A stretch of DNA of 19,853 nucleotides from Candidatus Micrarchaeota archaeon (lineage in GTDB: Archaea; B1Sed10-29; WALL01; WAMD01): positions 1-19,853 of the forward strand of contig CAZZDL010000006.1 in the NCBI GenBank assembly GCA_964652335.1. The letters are read 5' to 3'. A model generated the notes under the pieces. That model saw only the letters and a program-made list of their open reading frames with translations, had not been told where the DNA came from and did no database searches. Position numbers and translations under genes: made by a program. The number at the start of each line of letters is the position of its first letter. Position 1 is the first letter of the stretch. Positions 15,554-19,853 of this stretch are shown here, one piece after another.

Positions 15554-18214
15554 GTGTCTGGATCTATAAAATACGTAAGGAAAAGGGATGGAAGAGTAGT
15601 TGAATTTGACAGAGAAAGGATTGTAAACGCCATATTCAAAGCTGCAAAATCTGTTGGTGGAAAGGACAAGAACATTGCTAAAAAACTAGCAGGAGAGGTT
15701 GAGAGTTATCTGGTAAAAGAATTTGGCGAGGATTATATCCCATCTGTGGAAGAGATACAGGACATTGTAGAAAAAGTCCTGATAGAAAATGGTCATGCAA
15801 AAACCGCTAAGGCATTCATATTGTACAGACAGAAAAAGGCAAAAGAAAGAGAAGAAAAAATGAAGATCCTAAACAAAAAATCCCTTGATGATGTGGATAA
15901 AAGGTTTAGCACAAACGCACTAAGAGTCTTAGCTTCTAGATATCTAATAAGGAATGAGAATGGGGATGTCGTTGAGTCGCCAAGCGAGCTATTCCAAAGG
16001 GTGGCTGTCACAATAGCTATTCCTGAGATTTTGTACGACCCTGATGTCTACGATAAAAAAGGTGGACACAAGGTCCCATTGAAGTTATCCCATTATAGGA
16101 AGAATCTAGACAGATGGCACAATGTTCTAACAATAGGCAAATACAAACTAACAAAATGGCACTTTGAGAGAATGCTTTCTGCATACGAAGAACTAGCAAA
16201 AGAAGGAAAAATGAAACTTAGTTTTGGAGAGATAATAAAGGCAATAATAGACGGTAAATTCAACAAGCACGAAAAGGTGATAGACGAGTACTATCAGCTG
16301 ATGACTAATCAAGACTTCATGCCAAACAGTCCTACGCTCATAAATGCTGGAAGAAAGCTAAGTATGCTCTCTGCATGTTTTACACTGGACGTAGATGACG
16401 ATATGGAATCAATAATGAAACTGGCTAGAGACGTGGCCTTAATCCAAAAAGCCGGCGGCGGTTGTGGAATGAACTTCTCAAAGATAAGACCCGCTGGTGA
16501 CATAGTAGGGTCCACAATGGGTGCCGCTTCTGGGCCATTGTCATTCATGCGAATTATAGATACTGTTTCTGACGTCATAAAGCAAGGTGGTGTCAGAAGA
16601 GCTGCCAACATGGGAATAATGGAGATATGGCATCCTGACATAGAAGGCTTCATCTCAATGAAGGCAAAGGATGGTGTGTTTGAGAATTTCAATATCTCCG
16701 TAGGCATATGGAAAGACTTCTGGGAAGCATTCAGACAAGGAAAGCCCTACCCTCTAGTGAATCCGAGAACAAATGAGGTCATGAAAACTGTTGATCCAAA
16801 AGATCTGTTCCACCAGATATCGTATTACGCTTGGCTAAGGGCAGATCCCGGGATAATATTGATGGACAACATAAATAAGAGGAACGTCCTTGAAAGGGCT
16901 AGGGGTGGACCAGTAAGAGTAACAAACCCATGCGGGGAAGAACCTTTGTACCCATACGAATCATGTAACCTAGCTAGCATAAACGTTGCAAACTTCGTTG
17001 TAGAAAAGGATGGAAAGAAAGCATTTGATTGGGAAAGGTTTAGATACGTAGCTAGAAAGGTTGCTAGAGCACTAGACAACATAATTACCATGAACAGATA
17101 TCCTATTCCTGAGATAGATAAGAAAACGAAGGAAACAAGAAGGATAGGACTTGGAATAATGGGGTTGGCAGATGCTTTATTTGACCTAGGACTAAGATAC
17201 AACTCAAAGGAAGGATATGAATTCATGAGCGAACTAGCAGAGAACCTGACCTACTACGCATACAAGGAATCAATAGAAATGGCAAAGGAAAGGGGAGTAT
17301 TCCCAATATATCCTGAAACAGAATACGTTAATGGGAAGATGCCCATAGAAGGATTCTATGACAAATCATTATGGACCCTAGACTGGGACGCTTTGATCAA
17401 AGAGATAAAGAAAACTGGTCTGAGAAATGCTATGGTAACCACGTGTCCACCCACTGGATCAGTATCAATGATAGCAGATACAAGTAATGGAATAGAACCA
17501 ATATTCGCATTGGTATATGAAAAGAGGGTTACTGTTGGATCCTTCTTCTATGTGGATAGGGTACTTGAAAGAAAATTAAAGGAACTGGGATTATACAACG
17601 ATGAGATACTGTCTAAGATAGCTAGAAACTATGGTAGTGTCCAAGGGCTTGATGAGATACCAGAGGAGATAAAAAGAGTATTTGTCACATCCATGGACAT
17701 ACACTGGGTGGACCACATTATTGCTCAGGCCGTATTGCAAAGATGGATAACTGACTCCATATCAAAGACAATAAACATGCCCAGTGACGTTAGTGTAGAG
17801 GACATAAAACAAGCATATCTGATAGCTCATGAGACTGGGTGTAAAGGAGTAACTGTTTATAGAGATGGTTCAAAGGCTAGACAGGTGCTAAATATAACCT
17901 CTGAGGAAAGGGAGAAGAGGTTTAAGGTAAAGCCGTCAGAGTATGCAATGGAGGTCTTGCAAAGGATAGTTAATGAGAATCCCTGGCTAGCAGAGTTTAT
18001 AACCGTAGTAAAACCCAAATCAATTACAGAGAAGCTAGTTATAAAAGTCCCAGAGGTAAAGAAGCTTGCTCCAGCCGGAGGTTCTGGTGGGGAGTACGTT
18101 GTTCCAGCAGAAGTTCATGAAACCTGTCCTGTATGTGGGAGTGATGCAGTAGTTTATGAAGCAGGGTGCGTTGTCTGTAAAGACTGTGGATGGTCTGAGT
18201 GCATAATCTCTTAG
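15554..18214 (+). CDS. nrdJ: Adenosylcobalamin-dependent (class II) ribonucleotide reductase with N-terminal ATP cone and C-terminal Zn ribbon
   Basis: VRKRDGRVVEFD ATP cone; PNSPTLINAG, SACF, TNPCGEEPL, SCNLAS, PTGSVS, SISKTIN and KGVTVYRDGS; CPVCG..EAGC..CKDCGWSEC tail; SD GGAGGGG; no intein seen. Confidence 0.96.
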   Translation: MSGSIKYVRKRDGRVVEFDRERIVNAIFKAAKSVGGKDKNIAKKLAGEVESYLVKEFGEDYIPSVEEIQDIVEKVLIENGHAKTAKAFILYRQKKAKEREEKMKILNKKSLDDVDKRFSTNALRVLASRYLIRNENGDVVESPSELFQRVAVTIAIPEILYDPDVYDKKGGHKVPLKLSHYRKNLDRWHNVLTIGKYKLTKWHFERMLSAYEELAKEGKMKLSFGEIIKAIIDGKFNKHEKVIDEYYQLMTNQDFMPNSPTLINAGRKLSMLSACFTLDVDDDMESIMKLARDVALIQKAGGGCGMNFSKIRPAGDIVGSTMGAASGPLSFMRIIDTVSDVIKQGGVRRAANMGIMEIWHPDIEGFISMKAKDGVFENFNISVGIWKDFWEAFRQGKPYPLVNPRTNEVMKTVDPKDLFHQISYYAWLRADPGIILMDNINKRNVLERARGGPVRVTNPCGEEPLYPYESCNLASINVANFVVEKDGKKAFDWERFRYVARKVARALDNIITMNRYPIPEIDKKTKETRRIGLGIMGLADALFDLGLRYNSKEGYEFMSELAENLTYYAYKESIEMAKERGVFPIYPETEYVNGKMPIEGFYDKSLWTLDWDALIKEIKKTGLRNAMVTTCPPTGSVSMIADTSNGIEPIFALVYEKRVTVGSFFYVDRVLERKLKELGLYNDEILSKIARNYGSVQGLDEIPEEIKRVFVTSMDIHWVDHIIAQAVLQRWITDSISKTINMPSDVSVEDIKQAYLIAHETGCKGVTVYRDGSKARQVLNITSEEREKRFKVKPSEYAMEVLQRIVNENPWLAEFITVVKPKSITEKLVIKVPEVKKLAPAGGSGGEYVVPAEVHETCPVCGSDAVVYEAGCVVCKDCGWSECIIS

Positions 18215-18222
18215 GTGGGTGA

Positions 18223-18720
18223 ATGATAATTCTATTCACTGGAAATGGAAAGGGTAAAACATCTGCTGCCGTAGGAGTAGCTGTTAGAGCCGCTGGAAGG
18301 GGAAAAAGGGTTGTATTCATCCAGTTTATGAAAGCTAGAGAAACAGGTGAGATCACGTCATTGAAAAAGCTAGGTGTAGAAGTATACAGGTTCGGTAGAG
18401 GAGAGCTCGTGGATCTAGATAACCCTAGCCCAGAGGATAAGGCCATGGCAATAGAAGGTATGAAAAAAGCAAGGGAAAAGCTAAAAGAGAAGCCGTTTCT
18501 ACTGGTGCTGGACGAGATAAATGTTGCCACTGCAATTGGCCTAATCCCTGTTGATGACGTCTTAAAGCTAATAGACGAAGCTGGAGATACTCACATATTG
18601 CTGACTGGCAGATATGCTGTGGATAAGCTGATAAACGCAGCGGATTTGGTTAGTGAAATGAAAGAGGTAAAGCATCCGTTCCAAAAAGGGATCCCAGCTG
18701 TGGAAGGCATTGACTTTTGA
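18223..18720 (+). CDS. cobO: Cob(I)alamin/cob(I)yrinate adenosyltransferase (CobA/CobO/BtuR family)
   Basis: FTGNGKGKTSAA, IQFMK, VLDEI, LTGR, ADLVSEMKEVKHPF and GIDF. Confidence 0.95.
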   Translation: MIILFTGNGKGKTSAAVGVAVRAAGRGKRVVFIQFMKARETGEITSLKKLGVEVYRFGRGELVDLDNPSPEDKAMAIEGMKKAREKLKEKPFLLVLDEINVATAIGLIPVDDVLKLIDEAGDTHILLTGRYAVDKLINAADLVSEMKEVKHPFQKGIPAVEGIDF

Positions 18721-18729
18721 GGTGAGCAG

Positions 18730-19491
18730 ATGGAAAGCAAAACTCTCTTACAGCAAGAGCAGCAGGGGCAAGGAGAAATATCAATAGCAATATCATCCAC
18801 CAAGCTACAGGAGAAATGGAAGGTTATTGGGAAACTTATTCTATTCACTGGGCTTGGCGTCGCTGGGAGAGTGGCATTGCAGTACCTGCCAAGTGTTGAA
18901 CCAATTACTGCATTGGCCATTGCATTTGCATATTTCTTTGGGATCACTTATGGAATAATCCCAGGTGCATTGGGGTTTTGGATAAGCAATTTCCTAGTCT
19001 GGGGTGGTCAAGGGCCTTGGACTATCTTCCAGATAGCTGGAGTTAGTCTAGCAGCAGTTATAGCTGGGGTAATAGGCAAGGCAACCCAATCAAGGAAGGG
19101 CTTATTAATCGCCACAGGATTAGGGGTCGCAGCGTATGAGTTTACAGTTGACCTAAGCTGGGTGTTTACCTTCGGTGATCTAAACCCTATCACAGTATTC
19201 ATACTCCCGTTGCCATTTTCAATAACCCACCTCCTTACTTCTTTAGGATTTTCTTTGACATTGTATGAAGCTAGAGAGAAGCTGCTGGATTACTTAAAGG
19301 GTGAAATGAATGAAATTAAGGTACTTGTTTCTAGGTATTCTCCTAGTATTGCTAGGAATCTTGGTATCCCTTCAGCTAGGGTCAATGCAAAGCTCACAAT
19401 CAGGAAGCACTACAACGATAAACAGATCTCATTCACTAAGTGGATGGAACCTGAGGGTAAATTTTTCAAACGGGACAGCAAAGACCATTAG
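18730..19491 (+). CDS. ECF transporter S-component, probably cobalamin-specific (CbrT-like)
   Basis: GRVALQYLPSVEPIT, FWISNF..GQGPWTIFQ and LPFSITH motifs; multiple TM segments; B12 gene context. The last ~60 codons overlap the next gene. Confidence 0.82.
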   Translation: MESKTLLQQEQQGQGEISIAISSTKLQEKWKVIGKLILFTGLGVAGRVALQYLPSVEPITALAIAFAYFFGITYGIIPGALGFWISNFLVWGGQGPWTIFQIAGVSLAAVIAGVIGKATQSRKGLLIATGLGVAAYEFTVDLSWVFTFGDLNPITVFILPLPFSITHLLTSLGFSLTLYEAREKLLDYLKGEMNEIKVLVSRYSPSIARNLGIPSARVNAKLTIRKHYNDKQISFTKWMEPEGKFFKRDSKDH

Positions 19492-19756
19492 AATAAATGA
19501 AACTGGAGATAGCTTATTCTTCTACATGAATGAAAGCTTGAGTGTAAAATACAAAGAATATCCTGGTCTAGGAGCTTTCATCCTATGTATATATGACGTC
19601 TGCCAAAACTCCAGCCATTACTGGTTCCTGTTTGTAAATGGAAATTTTTCCAAAGTCGGTGCGTCCAGCTATTACCCAAAGGCTGGAGACAATGTAACCT
19701 GGATGTTTCTCAGATTAGACGAGTCTGCCAACTACACCAAAAATATTTTTAAGTAA
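19310..19756 (+). CDS. Membrane-anchored DUF4430 (transcobalamin-like) putative B12-binding protein
   Basis: N-terminal signal/TM segment, Ser/Thr linker, then Y..LGAFI..I......YWFLFVNG.FSKVGASSY....GDNVTW; SD GGGTGA. Confidence 0.82.
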   Translation: MKLRYLFLGILLVLLGILVSLQLGSMQSSQSGSTTTINRSHSLSGWNLRVNFSNGTAKTIRINETGDSLFFYMNESLSVKYKEYPGLGAFILCIYDVCQNSSHYWFLFVNGNFSKVGASSYYPKAGDNVTWMFLRLDESANYTKNIFK

Positions 19757-19778
19757 GGCAGACAAAAATTAAGCCAGC

Positions 19779-19852
19779 GGGCCGGTAGCTTAGCCAGGTG
19801 GAGCGCTCGGCTGATAACCGGGAGGTCGAGGGTTCGAATCCCTCCCGGCCCA
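19779..19852 (+). tRNA. tRNA-Ile(GAT), intronless, CCA not encoded
   Basis: Acceptor stem GGGCCGG/CCGGCCC, anticodon arm CTCGG-CTGATAA-CCGGG, T arm GAGGG-TTCGAAT-CCCTC, discriminator A. Confidence 0.97.
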
Positions 19853-19853
19853 T

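Noticed and set aside
15554..18214. Intein in the ribonucleotide reductase
   Set aside because: Catalytic motifs are contiguous and no intein splice-junction or LAGLIDADG motifs are visible.
19757..19853. tRNA as an integration (att) site
   Set aside because: No integrase or duplicated tRNA 3' end in the window; the downstream sequence is not visible.
1..19853. CRISPR array, IS element or rRNA
   Set aside because: No regularly spaced repeats, transposase motifs or rRNA-like sequence were seen.

Overview
Archaeal genomic window, judged from TATA-box promoters, GGTG(A/G) Shine-Dalgarno motifs, an intronless CCA-less tRNA-Ile, TrpB2 and a Thermococcales-like alanine aminotransferase. It contains: a trpB2 locus; an ASCH-MazG fusion and a DUF1015 gene; a small accessory zone (PemK/MazF toxin-antitoxin pair, wHTH plus nucleotidyltransferase pair, a broken nucleotidyltransferase); housekeeping genes (aminotransferase, M20 hydrolase, CMP-kinase-like protein, YjjX, GNAT, RNase Z, ferredoxin); a 580-aa orphan with a degenerate kinase-fold signature; two tandem paralogous orphans; and a B12 operon (nrdJ, cobO, ECF S-component, DUF4430) ending at tRNA-Ile(GAT). 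The standout signal lies upstream of trpB2. An unannotated, SD-led 34-codon leader ORF (1602-1498, minus strand) ends CTT TGG CTT TGG TGA (Leu-Trp-Leu-Trp-stop). A +1 slip at either CUU-UGG site enters a Trp-free HTH reading frame that overlaps the trpB2 start. This looks like a tryptophan-starvation-sensing programmed +1 frameshift controlling an HTH regulator and trpB2. The sequence arrangement is directly visible; the mechanism is inference. All family assignments come from motif recognition, and no database searches were run.
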